Of a stretch of DNA of 64,000 nt, positions 46,150 through 55,181 are shown piece by piece. The stretch is from an uncultured Bacteroidales bacterium (GTDB lineage: Bacteria > Bacteroidota > Bacteroidia > Bacteroidales > JAUNSR01): contig CAMTON010000001.1 in the NCBI GenBank assembly GCA_947074105.1, positions 138,058 through 202,057 on the forward strand. The letters are read 5' to 3'. Below the pieces are notes generated by a model. That model worked only from the letters and a program-made list of their open reading frames with translations. It was not told where the DNA came from and ran no database searches. Every line of letters begins with the position of its first letter. Position 1 is the first letter of the stretch. The position numbers were made by a program, and so were the translations under genes.

Positions 46150-46413
46150 ATGACAAGAGTTTTTATTGATATCCTTAATTATATGGATAAAATACCGAAT
46201 CTTAATGAATTACTTCCAAAAGAGCTTGCTCATACAACAGAATTGAAAGAAAAAGGCATACTTACTCATCTTTTTATCAAAAAAGATAATACCGGAGCTA
46301 TTCTTGTTATGAATGTCGATAATTTTGACAAGGCAAAAGAGATAGTTGCTACTATGCCAATGTTCAGCTATTTCGAAAAAGTGGATTATTCATATATAGA
46401 GGAAGAATATTAA
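46150..46413 (+). CDS. muconolactone-isomerase-like small alpha/beta-barrel protein
   Basis: 87 aa. The pattern E..EL.EKG....LF......G.I.V..V.....A.EIV..MPMF.YF matches the muconolactone isomerase family as I remember it. Confidence 0.5.
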   Translation: MTRVFIDILNYMDKIPNLNELLPKELAHTTELKEKGILTHLFIKKDNTGAILVMNVDNFDKAKEIVATMPMFSYFEKVDYSYIEEEY

Positions 46414-46436
46414 GATCATATAAATTGAATATAATT

Positions 46437-47825
46437 ATGGCAGATATTAAAAGTATAAATCCTGCAGATGCTCAGGTTCTGAAAGTATTTCAGGAAATGA
46501 GTCAAACAGAAATTGAAAACATAATATGTAAAGCCGACAAAGCTTTTGCCGAATGGAAAAAAACAACCTTTGCTCAAAGATCGGAATTGCTTAAAAAGGT
46601 TGCGGCTATAATGCTTGAAAGGAAACGTGAAATATCAGAACTTTGCGCAAAAGAGATGGGAAAGATAATTCCTTATGGTGACGGAGAAACCGATGTATGT
46701 ATAATGATACTTAATTATTATGCGGACAACGGGGAGAAATTTCTTGCTGACAAACCGATTGAAACACCGAATGGAAAAGCGTTTATTACCTATCAGCCTC
46801 TTGGCGTAATTTTAAGTGTACAGCCATGGAACGCTCCTTTTTATCAGATGATACGTTCTGCTGCCCCTAATATTATGGCCGGTAATACTATCATAATGAA
46901 ACAGGCGTCAAATGTACCTCAGTGCGCTAAGCTTATGGAAGATATATTCCGGGAAGCGGGATCACCGGAGGGTGTTTACACCAATCTTTTTTTATCGGGG
47001 TCTAAGATATCTCCGCTTTTAAATGACAGAAGAATCACAGGTGCCACACTTACCGGAAGTGTAAAGGCAGGTGAGAGTTTTGCGTCTGCAGCTGCGGCAA
47101 ATGTAATACCTTCTATTCTTGAACTCGGGGGCAATGATCCTTTCATAGTTTTGCCGGATGCCGATATTGACAAAGCTATTCAGACTGCTACAAGTGGCAG
47201 AATATGGAATGCAGGTCAGATATGCTGCTCTCCTAAGAGAATTATTGTTCCGGAAGAGATGTATGACACATTTGTATCTAAGTCTAAGCAGATCTTTGAA
47301 TCTGTCAAAATAGGTGATCCTCTTGATAAAGATACTGAGTTAGGACCTGTATGCACAATGGAAGCACTTGAGAAAGTTGAAAAACAGGTACAGACGGCTA
47401 TAGCACAGGGAGCGAAAGTTCAGACAGGAGGCAAACGAATAGATAGAGAGGGATATTTTATGCAGCCGACAGTACTAACCGATATAACTAAAGAAATGGA
47501 TATTTACAATGAGGAGGTATTCGGGCCTGTACTGATGATATATAAAGTAAAAAGTACGGATGAGGCCATTGAACTTGCGAATGACACAACCTACGGCCTT
47601 GGAGGAACGGTTTTCGGCAATAATGAAGAGGAAGCTGTAAAAGTGGCAAGACAGATAAATACGGGAATGGTATATATCAATCATGTCACAGTAAGCGTTG
47701 GCCCTGAAATTCCGTTCGGAGGTACTAAGAAATCAGGATACGGAAGAGAATTGTCTAAAGAAGCGATATATGAGTTTACTAATCATAAATTAATAAGAAT
47801 TACTACTTCCGATTCTTTGTATTAA
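46437..47825 (+). CDS. NAD(P)+-dependent aldehyde dehydrogenase (succinate-semialdehyde dehydrogenase-like)
   Basis: Catalytic contexts LELGGNDP (Glu) and GQICCSPKR (Cys), plus the EEVFGPV motif. The track start at 46425 is a TTG; I use the ATG at 46437 (MADIKSINP). Confidence 0.85.
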   Translation: MADIKSINPADAQVLKVFQEMSQTEIENIICKADKAFAEWKKTTFAQRSELLKKVAAIMLERKREISELCAKEMGKIIPYGDGETDVCIMILNYYADNGEKFLADKPIETPNGKAFITYQPLGVILSVQPWNAPFYQMIRSAAPNIMAGNTIIMKQASNVPQCAKLMEDIFREAGSPEGVYTNLFLSGSKISPLLNDRRITGATLTGSVKAGESFASAAAANVIPSILELGGNDPFIVLPDADIDKAIQTATSGRIWNAGQICCSPKRIIVPEEMYDTFVSKSKQIFESVKIGDPLDKDTELGPVCTMEALEKVEKQVQTAIAQGAKVQTGGKRIDREGYFMQPTVLTDITKEMDIYNEEVFGPVLMIYKVKSTDEAIELANDTTYGLGGTVFGNNEEEAVKVARQINTGMVYINHVTVSVGPEIPFGGTKKSGYGRELSKEAIYEFTNHKLIRITTSDSLY

Positions 47826-47863
47826 TTTTATAGTTACCGGATATTTCGTCCGACGACAGATTA

Positions 47864-47905
47864 AAAGTCCGAAATGAAGCAACTGTTTCATTTCGGACTT
47901 TTTAT
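47864..47905. terminator. bidirectional terminator
   Basis: 14-bp stem AAAGTCCGAAATGA (47864-47877) / TCATTTCGGACTTT (47888-47901), with a T-run following. Confidence 0.8.
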
Positions 47906-47908
47906 TTT

Positions 47909-48469
47909 TCAGGCAAGAAGCTTATCAAGTGATTCTATAAGTCTTTCATATTGCTGTGTCGCTCTCTGCTTCACTATTTCAGGAGTATTCACGACATTAG
48001 GAATATAAATATTGCCATATCCGAGAACCGGTTCGACAAAGTTCATTTTACAGAAATATGCAGATGATTCTATATTATTGAGAAACTGTCTTAAACGGAA
48101 ATGCTGAGAGCCTATAGGCGTATATGCTTCTTCGTGAGCACCGGCTGTAACACTGACAATCACGGTTTTTCCGTTTAATTTATCACCCGAAGCTCCATAG
48201 GCAAAACCATATGCAAGAACAAGATCCATCCAGTGTTTCAGAATCGCCGGCATATTATACCAGTTAATGGGAAACTGGAAAAGTATTATGTCGGATTCCA
48301 CAAGATTCTTTTGCTCGGAATCTATGTCGATGTTGAAATCGGGGTACATTTCCATAAGGTTTCTCACTTTGATATCGGGATATTTCTTATTGAGGTTTTC
48401 TATTATCGTCTTATTGGCAATAGACTTTTCGTAGTTAGAGTGAGCAAGGATAATTGTAAGTTTTTTCAT
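47909..48469 (-). CDS. flavodoxin-like-fold NAD(P)H oxidoreductase (paralogue of 36998-37555)
   Basis: LTIILAHSN..ANKTI..IILFQFPINWYNMPAILKHWMD; 186 aa. Confidence 0.75.
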   Translation of the reverse strand: MKKLTIILAHSNYEKSIANKTIIENLNKKYPDIKVRNLMEMYPDFNIDIDSEQKNLVESDIILFQFPINWYNMPAILKHWMDLVLAYGFAYGASGDKLNGKTVIVSVTAGAHEEAYTPIGSQHFRLRQFLNNIESSAYFCKMNFVEPVLGYGNIYIPNVVNTPEIVKQRATQQYERLIESLDKLLA

Positions 48470-48576
48470 AATATCAGGTTTTAAACTATAATTGAAAAAT
48501 AGAAACAGTTCTGTAAATTCATCAGAGTTTACTCCGTAAGGGATAACAAAAAAACGATTTCATCAGATTTATATAA

Positions 48577-48614
48577 ATTACGGTTTTACAGACCAATATT
48601 ACGGCTGTAAAGCT
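48577..48614. promoter_or_regulatory. two 17-nt direct repeats 21 nt apart (AAATTACGGTTTTACAG / ATATTACGGCTGTAAAG), candidate AraC-type operator
   Basis: Read directly. 13/17 positions are identical, with centre-to-centre spacing of 21 nt, in the divergent promoter region 48470-48699. Confidence 0.35.
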
Positions 48615-48699
48615 CTGTAAATGTATAATATTCTAATATCAAACATTTTACATGGAACTATGTTTTTATTTAAACGATAAAATATGAATAATTTCATGT

Positions 48700-49383
48700 A
48701 TGATAACGGAGCGACCTAAAATAATTCTCCTTGATATGATTGAAACTCTTCTTAATATAGATGAGGCAAAAAAAGCAGTCGAAAATCTTTTAGGAGGAAA
48801 TAAAAATCTTAGTGACTTATGGTTCAGTAATATGCTTCTGTACTCACTGGTAGATACATTAACGGATGAATATCATGATTTCGGAAAAATAGCTTATGCT
48901 TCATTCGAAATGACAGCAGAAGCTCACGGAATAAGTTTTAATTCTCAGGACGTAATAGCCGCAATAAGAAAAATCAATGAATCATCGGTTTATCCTGATG
49001 TGGTCCGGTCTCTTGTTTCTCTTAAAAATGCCGATTATAAACTTGTAACTTTTACAAATTCCTCAAATGCTGCAATTCAAAATCAGATAAAAAGTAATAA
49101 TATCGAACATCTGATTGACAAAAGTATCTCAACTGAGGATATAGGATATTTCAAACCTCACAGACATACTTATTTCTATACTGCACGCTATCTGAATGTC
49201 AAACCTGAAGAATGTCTGCTTGTAGCTTCTCACGGCTGGGATATTAGCGGAGCTATAAGTGCAGGCATGAAGACCGCATTTATATCTCATAACAGATATA
49301 AGCTTTATCCGCTTTCCCAAAAACCGGACATTGAGGTAGTTGAAGCAGCAGAACTAGCAGAAATTCTATGTAATATTAGATAA
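48700..49383 (+). CDS. HAD-superfamily hydrolase, haloacid-dehalogenase type II-like
   Basis: IILLDMIETLLN (nucleophile Asp), TFTNSS, YFKPHRHTY and VASHGWDISGA motifs, in the order seen in L-2-haloacid dehalogenases. Confidence 0.7.
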   Translation: MITERPKIILLDMIETLLNIDEAKKAVENLLGGNKNLSDLWFSNMLLYSLVDTLTDEYHDFGKIAYASFEMTAEAHGISFNSQDVIAAIRKINESSVYPDVVRSLVSLKNADYKLVTFTNSSNAAIQNQIKSNNIEHLIDKSISTEDIGYFKPHRHTYFYTARYLNVKPEECLLVASHGWDISGAISAGMKTAFISHNRYKLYPLSQKPDIEVVEAAELAEILCNIR

Positions 49384-49429
49384 GAAAGATACGTATATGA
49401 TTATAAAGTAGGAGCATACTATTGTTATT

Positions 49430-50326
49430 TCAACAGTATGCTCTGTATTTATTAGGAGTCATTCCTACATATTGTTTGAAAAGTCGTGAAAAATGCTGTG
49501 GATACTGGAATCCCAGCTCATAGGCAATTTCACTTATTGTCATATTCGTTGCTACTATCCGGTCTTTTGCGCGTTCTATAAGTTTATTCTGAATATATTC
49601 CATAGGAGATTTACCGGTTTCCTTTTTTATAAGATCACCGAAATAATTAGGAGTCAGAAAAACCTGATCTGCAAAATATTTCACTGTCGGCAAGCCGTTT
49701 TCAATCTGTAGTTTTTTGTCAAAATATTCATCAAGGCAGGTTTCGAATTTCTGAAGGACATCGACATTTGCCCCTTCTCTTGTAATGAACTGCCTTTCAT
49801 AAAAACGGAGACAGTAATTCAGCAACAGTTCGATATTCATGGCTATAAGAGTTTTACTGTGCTTGTCAATTCCATGCTCCAGCTCCTCCTGAATCTTGTG
49901 TAAAAGATCCATAACCGTATGTTTTTCCTTCTCGGAAATATGAAGTGCCTCATTTGATGAATAAGAAAAGAAATTATATTTCTTTATGTTATGAGCAAGA
50001 GATGTTCGCCGCATAATGTCAGGATGAAAAAGGATACCGTAAACTTCCGGTCTTATTTCATCTTCTTTTGTACTTACTTCAGCTATCTGTCCCGGGGCAA
50101 AACTGACTATCGTACCTTCCTGATAGTCATATTTTTTACGGCCGTATTTTATTTCGCACCCTTTGCTACATTTAAGATATAAAGCATATACACCATAATG
50201 CATCTGAAAATGGTTTGCCACACGTGTTGATTTTGTAAGATCAACAATTGAAACTAAAGGATGAAGAGTTTCCAGTCCGTAGAGTTTATTGTATTTATCA
50301 ACGCAGTCAAGATCTATCTTTTCCAT
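49430..50326 (-). CDS. AraC-family transcriptional regulator
   Basis: C-terminal HTH pair (TVKYFADQVFLTPNYFGDLIKKETGKSP .. ISEIAYELGFQYPQHFSRLFKQYVGMTPNKYR). Confidence 0.85.
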   Translation of the reverse strand: MEKIDLDCVDKYNKLYGLETLHPLVSIVDLTKSTRVANHFQMHYGVYALYLKCSKGCEIKYGRKKYDYQEGTIVSFAPGQIAEVSTKEDEIRPEVYGILFHPDIMRRTSLAHNIKKYNFFSYSSNEALHISEKEKHTVMDLLHKIQEELEHGIDKHSKTLIAMNIELLLNYCLRFYERQFITREGANVDVLQKFETCLDEYFDKKLQIENGLPTVKYFADQVFLTPNYFGDLIKKETGKSPMEYIQNKLIERAKDRIVATNMTISEIAYELGFQYPQHFSRLFKQYVGMTPNKYRAYC

Positions 50327-50396
50327 TTTAATTTGTTTTATAACAAATATATTGTGTTTTTTATCAGTTTGTCACCTCTGATTATCATTATCAGTA

Positions 50397-50447
50397 ATTA
50401 CGGTAATAATCTCCGTAAAATATGTACAAACGGTTTTGCACACGGCT
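50397..50447. promoter_or_regulatory. ATTACGG / CCGTAA / ACGGTTTTGCA / ACGGCT boxes related to 48577-48614
   Basis: ATTACGG (50397-50403), inverted CCGTAA (50413-50418), ACGGTTTTGCA (50430-50440; compare ACGGTTTTACA at 48580-48590), and ACGGCT (50442-50447). Confidence 0.3.
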
Positions 50448-50512
50448 AATACTTTTGTAACAAGAAACAGAATATATGTGTTTTTTATTAATAAATACGT
50501 GGAAAATAAAAT

Positions 50513-51085
50513 ATGGATCTTAATCAGTTTTTACTACATCTGAACCAGGGTAAATCAGTAAAGTCGGGGTCAGATATACATAATTATATGTGTATGCTAA
50601 GTGATGAAGCATTACGTATAACAAATGAGTTGAATAATACTTATCATACAGCGGAAGAGATCATCAGTATCTTTTCTAAACTTACCGGAAAAGATACAGA
50701 TAAGTCATTCAGAATGTTTCCTCCTTTCTACACAGACTGCGGGAAAAACATTGAAGTCGGAAAAAATGTATTCATAAATTCCTGTTGCAATTTTCAGGAT
50801 CAGGGAGGAATCAGAATAGGAGATAATACTTTTGTCGGTCATAAAGTGATAATGGCTACACTAAACCATGGTTTTGCACCCGAAGACCGCGCAACATTAT
50901 ATCCGGCACCTATTATAATTGGTAAAAATGTATGGATAGGCTCCGGATCTACAATTCTTGCGGGTGTTACAGTAGGTGACAATTCCATTATTGCCGCAGG
51001 ATCGGTAGTGACAAAAGATGTAGCGGCTGATAGTGTCGTTGCAGGCGTTCCGGCAAAATTTATTAAGTCAATATTTGATAAATGA
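50513..51085 (+). CDS. maltose/galactoside O-acetyltransferase-like (left-handed beta-helix)
   Basis: Mac-type N-terminus and hexapeptide repeats IGKNVWIGSGSTILAGVTVGDNSIIAAGSVVTKDV. Confidence 0.8.
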   Translation: MDLNQFLLHLNQGKSVKSGSDIHNYMCMLSDEALRITNELNNTYHTAEEIISIFSKLTGKDTDKSFRMFPPFYTDCGKNIEVGKNVFINSCCNFQDQGGIRIGDNTFVGHKVIMATLNHGFAPEDRATLYPAPIIIGKNVWIGSGSTILAGVTVGDNSIIAAGSVVTKDVAADSVVAGVPAKFIKSIFDK

Positions 51086-51095
51086 CAGAAATAAG

Positions 51096-51632
51096 TCACA
51101 TCCAGTCTTTTATTCTGTTGTTAAGATATTCTCCGAGATTATGAATAAAACGGAGATTAAATATCATGAACGTAAAACCGAACAGAGCGCAAAGGATATT
51201 GGCTTCCAGTGTAAAAACAGAAAATAATACCCTTATCGTGTAACCAGTATAAAAAAGAGTTATTACAGATGTCAGAACACCGGGAACATATTGTCTCAGA
51301 ACTATTGTCTGAGCTACATGAATGAAGAGATGAATTGAAAATGCCCAGAAAAGGGCCATCCACACAGTATAAACGAATGTTCCGAAATAACCGGAAATTG
51401 CAGTTATTGTTACGATGCTTACTATAAGAAATTCCTCTGCTACGGCTATGGCAAATGCTGCAGAACTCATATTCTCAAGAAGAAGAACAGATTTTATTAA
51501 ACGGGGAAATCTGTCACATACTGATGAAGCATATTTTTTCATCCATGCTTTACGTACTATGATTTCTTCAAAATCATGAATCATAAATAAAAGCGGTAAT
51601 GCGGCTATAAGAGTCAACGGTACAGGCATCAT
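51096..51632 (-). CDS. HXXEE-domain membrane protein
   Basis: IHDFEEIIV motif near the N-terminus and about 5 TM segments. Confidence 0.6.
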   Translation of the reverse strand: MMPVPLTLIAALPLLFMIHDFEEIIVRKAWMKKYASSVCDRFPRLIKSVLLLENMSSAAFAIAVAEEFLIVSIVTITAISGYFGTFVYTVWMALFWAFSIHLFIHVAQTIVLRQYVPGVLTSVITLFYTGYTIRVLFSVFTLEANILCALFGFTFMIFNLRFIHNLGEYLNNRIKDWM

Positions 51633-51751
51633 AGTGTATGATTTAAATATTCCGGTATAAGGATTAAAATCTCCAACAGAGAAAATATATTTCTCTTTTT
51701 TGTATAAACATTACTGATGCGGGAATTGATTTTCGAAGATTACTCTTTTTT

Positions 51752-51797
51752 AAAAAAATAAAGCGCTGTGCATATCATTCATATGCACAGCGCTTTT
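51752..51797 (-). terminator. rho-independent terminator ending the eight-gene operon
   Basis: 15-bp stem AAGCGCTGTGCATAT (51761-51775) / ATATGCACAGCGCTT (51781-51795), followed on the minus strand by TATTTTTTTAAAAAA. Confidence 0.85.
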
Positions 51798-51825
51798 CTT
51801 ATTTAAATATATGTGAGTTGAATTT

Positions 51826-52884
51826 TTACAAACCGAAACGCGGATAAACATATTTATCCAGCGGATGAGTAAAGCGAAGTGATGTAGCTGTTACAAATTT
51901 TGAGACTTTTCCACTGAATGTCTCTTCTTCCGCTTCTTCATAAGTTTTTATCAGAGAATAGTCATTTGCATCAACAGCATAATAAACGACTTTTTCTACA
52001 GATGAAACTTTTATCGTCCAGTCAACCATATTGCCATAGATCATCATAGCGTTTTTTTCCGGAATAAACTCCGGAATGCCTATTTTATGGAAATCATACG
52101 TTTTGTTTTCTATCACGTAGAAATTATTCTCCGTATCAGAAGCAAAGCCCAGTGATTTACGGTTACGGAACTCTGTAATGAAAATATTTTTAATTTTTAC
52201 TCCCTCAGGAATATCTATTTTTCTTACATAAGGACGTCCTACGGTCTGCTTTAGGTGGAAAAGATTGTTTTCAGCATCAAGCACCAGATATCCCTCATCA
52301 TAATCTTTCTTTACGGAAGGATTTCCGGACAGTGAATTCGCCGGAAATACGAACCCGCTTTTTGAAAGCATTTCTGTAAACCGGGCGCTTTTATCAGAAT
52401 TAAGCGTATTGGTTTCAGCATCAATAAATTCAATGCTTTTCTTTGTGAAACGGAATACATCGTCGGGAGATTCGAGTTTAACGCGTGAAGACATTGACTC
52501 CATCAGCTGATAGACACCGATCTGCGGTGCATTGATATCCTTAGGATTAATTCTGTAGTAGAAGGATTCATTCTGTGAGTCTTTGTAGGTAACGGGAATA
52601 CCTTTTACAGAATCAGGAAATCGTTCATCTTTAAGAAGTTGACGAGCATAAAAGAACGGATGTATGCTGTCAAGTTCACTCTGAGTGTAAACATTACCGC
52701 TTAAGTCTGTATGCTGCATGCCGTCGGTATAAAGCGATAATGTGAAATCGTCAATCACCGGGCTGTAAAGCACAAACGGCGATTTGTCTTTCTTTGCAGT
52801 CGCAAAAGAGTATAACCATGGCAATTGCCACAGACATAAGAATGCAACTGTTATTATAAGAAGTACGGAACTGAATTTTTTCAT
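51826..52884 (-). CDS. N-terminally anchored protein of unknown function (DUF4857-like?)
   Basis: One N-terminal TM/signal anchor (VLLIITVAFLCLWQLPWLY), then about 320 aa with no motif I recognise. The family name is a memory-based guess. Confidence 0.55.
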   Translation of the reverse strand: MKKFSSVLLIITVAFLCLWQLPWLYSFATAKKDKSPFVLYSPVIDDFTLSLYTDGMQHTDLSGNVYTQSELDSIHPFFYARQLLKDERFPDSVKGIPVTYKDSQNESFYYRINPKDINAPQIGVYQLMESMSSRVKLESPDDVFRFTKKSIEFIDAETNTLNSDKSARFTEMLSKSGFVFPANSLSGNPSVKKDYDEGYLVLDAENNLFHLKQTVGRPYVRKIDIPEGVKIKNIFITEFRNRKSLGFASDTENNFYVIENKTYDFHKIGIPEFIPEKNAMMIYGNMVDWTIKVSSVEKVVYYAVDANDYSLIKTYEEAEEETFSGKVSKFVTATSLRFTHPLDKYVYPRFGL

Positions 52885-52968
52885 TCGTATTATTTTATAA
52901 ACTTTACAAATATGGCGGCTTAATATCTCTGTTCAGGAGAGGTGATCACCGCATTATTGATTTTAATA

Positions 52969-53640
52969 TTAATCCTGTTTCCCTTCCTTGAAACGGGATA
53001 CTGAAAGGAAAACAAACGATGAAGCCATCGCTGTATATAATAACAGGATCGGAAGAAAGCTGTTGTATGCCTCTCCTGCGACATTGTAGAAGAATATCTT
53101 TACAAGAAGTATGCTTACAACCGCATTAAGGATTCTTCTTTTCCATGTAGGTTCAAGTACACACCATGCCGTAAGAAGATATGCAAGTATTCCTGAAAGA
53201 AACCAGACTACCGCACTCAGAATAATATGGTTTGCAATCTGCTCTACAAGAATGATTCTGAGATTTACATAAAAACACGCCAATGTGGCAGAAAAAAGCA
53301 GCAACAACATTACTGCTCCATAGCCTACCATACTCAATATTATCTTTTGTGCATCACAGGGAAGATGAAGTGTCAGTTTCAGGCATTTACGCTGCATCTC
53401 CGGAACAAACTGAGTGATTGCAAACAGTATACCGATAACAGGCGGAACAAATCTTATCATATCAATGAAAAGCACGTCACGCTGAATCATCACTTCCCAG
53501 ATATGTACGGCTCCTTTAAGTTCGATCATTCTGTAGACATTGAATATCAGATATGAAGCAAAACCGAAAAGGGCCAGTGCAGAAAGAATAAATATCCATT
53601 TGGTCTTTATCCATTCTTTATAAAATATAGCTTTTATCAT
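52969..53640 (-). CDS. polytopic membrane protein, probable ABC-2-type permease partner
   Basis: 223 aa with about six hydrophobic helices, immediately downstream of the ABC ATPase. Confidence 0.55.
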   Translation of the reverse strand: MIKAIFYKEWIKTKWIFILSALALFGFASYLIFNVYRMIELKGAVHIWEVMIQRDVLFIDMIRFVPPVIGILFAITQFVPEMQRKCLKLTLHLPCDAQKIILSMVGYGAVMLLLLFSATLACFYVNLRIILVEQIANHIILSAVVWFLSGILAYLLTAWCVLEPTWKRRILNAVVSILLVKIFFYNVAGEAYNSFLPILLLYTAMASSFVFLSVSRFKEGKQD

Positions 53641-53665
53641 TTCTGTTTCTGATTATAAATTATGA

Positions 53666-54550
53666 TTAATATTTTCCGGTAAGACCGATAAAGGCATCCT
53701 CCAGATTCAGAATTTCGGTACGAAAATTATCATTAGGTATCTGCTGATTATGAAAATAAGATCTTATGTCATTTTCCGGAAGAAATGTATAGACTTCGAA
53801 ATTATTTCCGATCTGGGCAGGATTATAGAAATCTGAATTGGCTTCAAACTTATATCTCTCAGGAAGAGAGCAACTCACTTTCCTGAAGTTGTCAAGAAGA
53901 TGCTGAACAGGCAACTGAGTAAGTATCTTTCCGTAATCCATAATTATACAGTCATCGATAAGACGCTCCATATCCTGAATAATATGTGAAGTAAGGAAAA
54001 CCGTTTTGTCTTCACTGTTTGCATATTCCTTAAGATAGTCGACAAAAAGACGGCGGTATCCGGGATCTAATCCCAAAGAAAAATCATCAAGAATAAGGAG
54101 TTCCGGGTCCTGAGCAAGAATAAGACCAAGAGCTACCTGAGAACGCTGACCGCATGACATTCTTGAAATCTTCTGTTTAGGAGCCACTTTAAGACGGCTC
54201 ATAAGTTCATAATATGCTTCACGTTTCCAGTTCGGGTAAAAGCGGGAATAGAACTTCTCTATCTGTTCGATATTCATAAAGTCATACTGAACATGTCCTT
54301 CAATAAGAAGACCTATCTTAGCTCTCAGTTCAGGTCGCATATCTACGATATTCTCTCCGAAAATCAGACATTCGCCTTCTTTTGGTTTAAGATATCCGCT
54401 GAGTATATTGATAGATGTTGTTTTTCCTGTTCCGTTTTTACCAAGCAATCCGAGGATTCTGCCTTTAGGAACAGAAAAACTAAGATTTTCGTAAATCTTT
54501 CGTTTATTGTAATAGTGCGTCAGATTTCTGCACTCGATTATATTTTCCAT
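53666..54550 (-). CDS. ABC transporter ATP-binding protein
   Basis: Walker A GKNGTGKTT, signature MSCGQRSQV, Walker B LLILDDFSLGLD, and an H-loop TSH. Confidence 0.9.
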   Translation of the reverse strand: MENIIECRNLTHYYNKRKIYENLSFSVPKGRILGLLGKNGTGKTTSINILSGYLKPKEGECLIFGENIVDMRPELRAKIGLLIEGHVQYDFMNIEQIEKFYSRFYPNWKREAYYELMSRLKVAPKQKISRMSCGQRSQVALGLILAQDPELLILDDFSLGLDPGYRRLFVDYLKEYANSEDKTVFLTSHIIQDMERLIDDCIIMDYGKILTQLPVQHLLDNFRKVSCSLPERYKFEANSDFYNPAQIGNNFEVYTFLPENDIRSYFHNQQIPNDNFRTEILNLEDAFIGLTGKY

Positions 54551-54559
54551 AATTTTTTT

Positions 54560-55162
54560 CTATTTAGTCAACAAGAGAAACAATATCGGAACAAGAATGC
54601 CTATTGCAAATTCTATTCCGCCTCTTCCGATAAAACCTTTACGTCCTTTCATCATAGTGAATCCGGTGATAACGACTATGATCATTGCGATACAAAACAG
54701 ATCGGAAAACCATGTCCACCACTTTCCCGGATTGTAATGAAGCTTTACCATATCGCTTACAAGGTGGCGTTTAGAAAGAATTTCAATAACTCCGCTACCT
54801 GAAGTCTGATTAAGTTCGAGGCCTGAACCGCCCTTGATGAAAACCTTCATCTGGTCCGGCTTCGGATAATAATGCTTTGTATAGTTTTTTTCCTGTCCGT
54901 AAGGTTTCAGAAGCTCGATAACCTCTTCACGGGAAAGCTGAGTTCCCGGTTGATAAGCATTAACAGAGAATTCTATTCTCTCTACCGTATAGTGAGGATT
55001 TACCTTATCTCGATGATTCATATATACACCTGAAACAGCATAAATTATCAGTATTCCGGAAAATATGAAAGAGAGATCTCTGTGAATAAGCCGGCTCCAT
55101 TTTCTGAAAAGTGAGCCGGCTTTCTTTTTATCCTGTCTGGGATTTATCTTATTATTATTCAT
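54560..55162 (-). CDS. short PepSY-associated TM-helix protein
   Basis: FRKWSRLIHRDLSFIFSGILIIYAVSGVYMNHRD is the PepSY_TM-type N-terminus, and two more C-terminal TM helices follow. The track start at 55171 is a TTG; I use the ATG at 55162. Confidence 0.7.
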   Translation of the reverse strand: MNNNKINPRQDKKKAGSLFRKWSRLIHRDLSFIFSGILIIYAVSGVYMNHRDKVNPHYTVERIEFSVNAYQPGTQLSREEVIELLKPYGQEKNYTKHYYPKPDQMKVFIKGGSGLELNQTSGSGVIEILSKRHLVSDMVKLHYNPGKWWTWFSDLFCIAMIIVVITGFTMMKGRKGFIGRGGIEFAIGILVPILFLLLTK

Positions 55163-55181
55163 TAAATCCAAATATGCTTAC

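Noticed and set aside
54293-54802. 169-aa plus-strand ORF spanning the ABC ATPase / PepSY-TM junction
   Set aside because: It is antisense to two supported genes and has no motifs.
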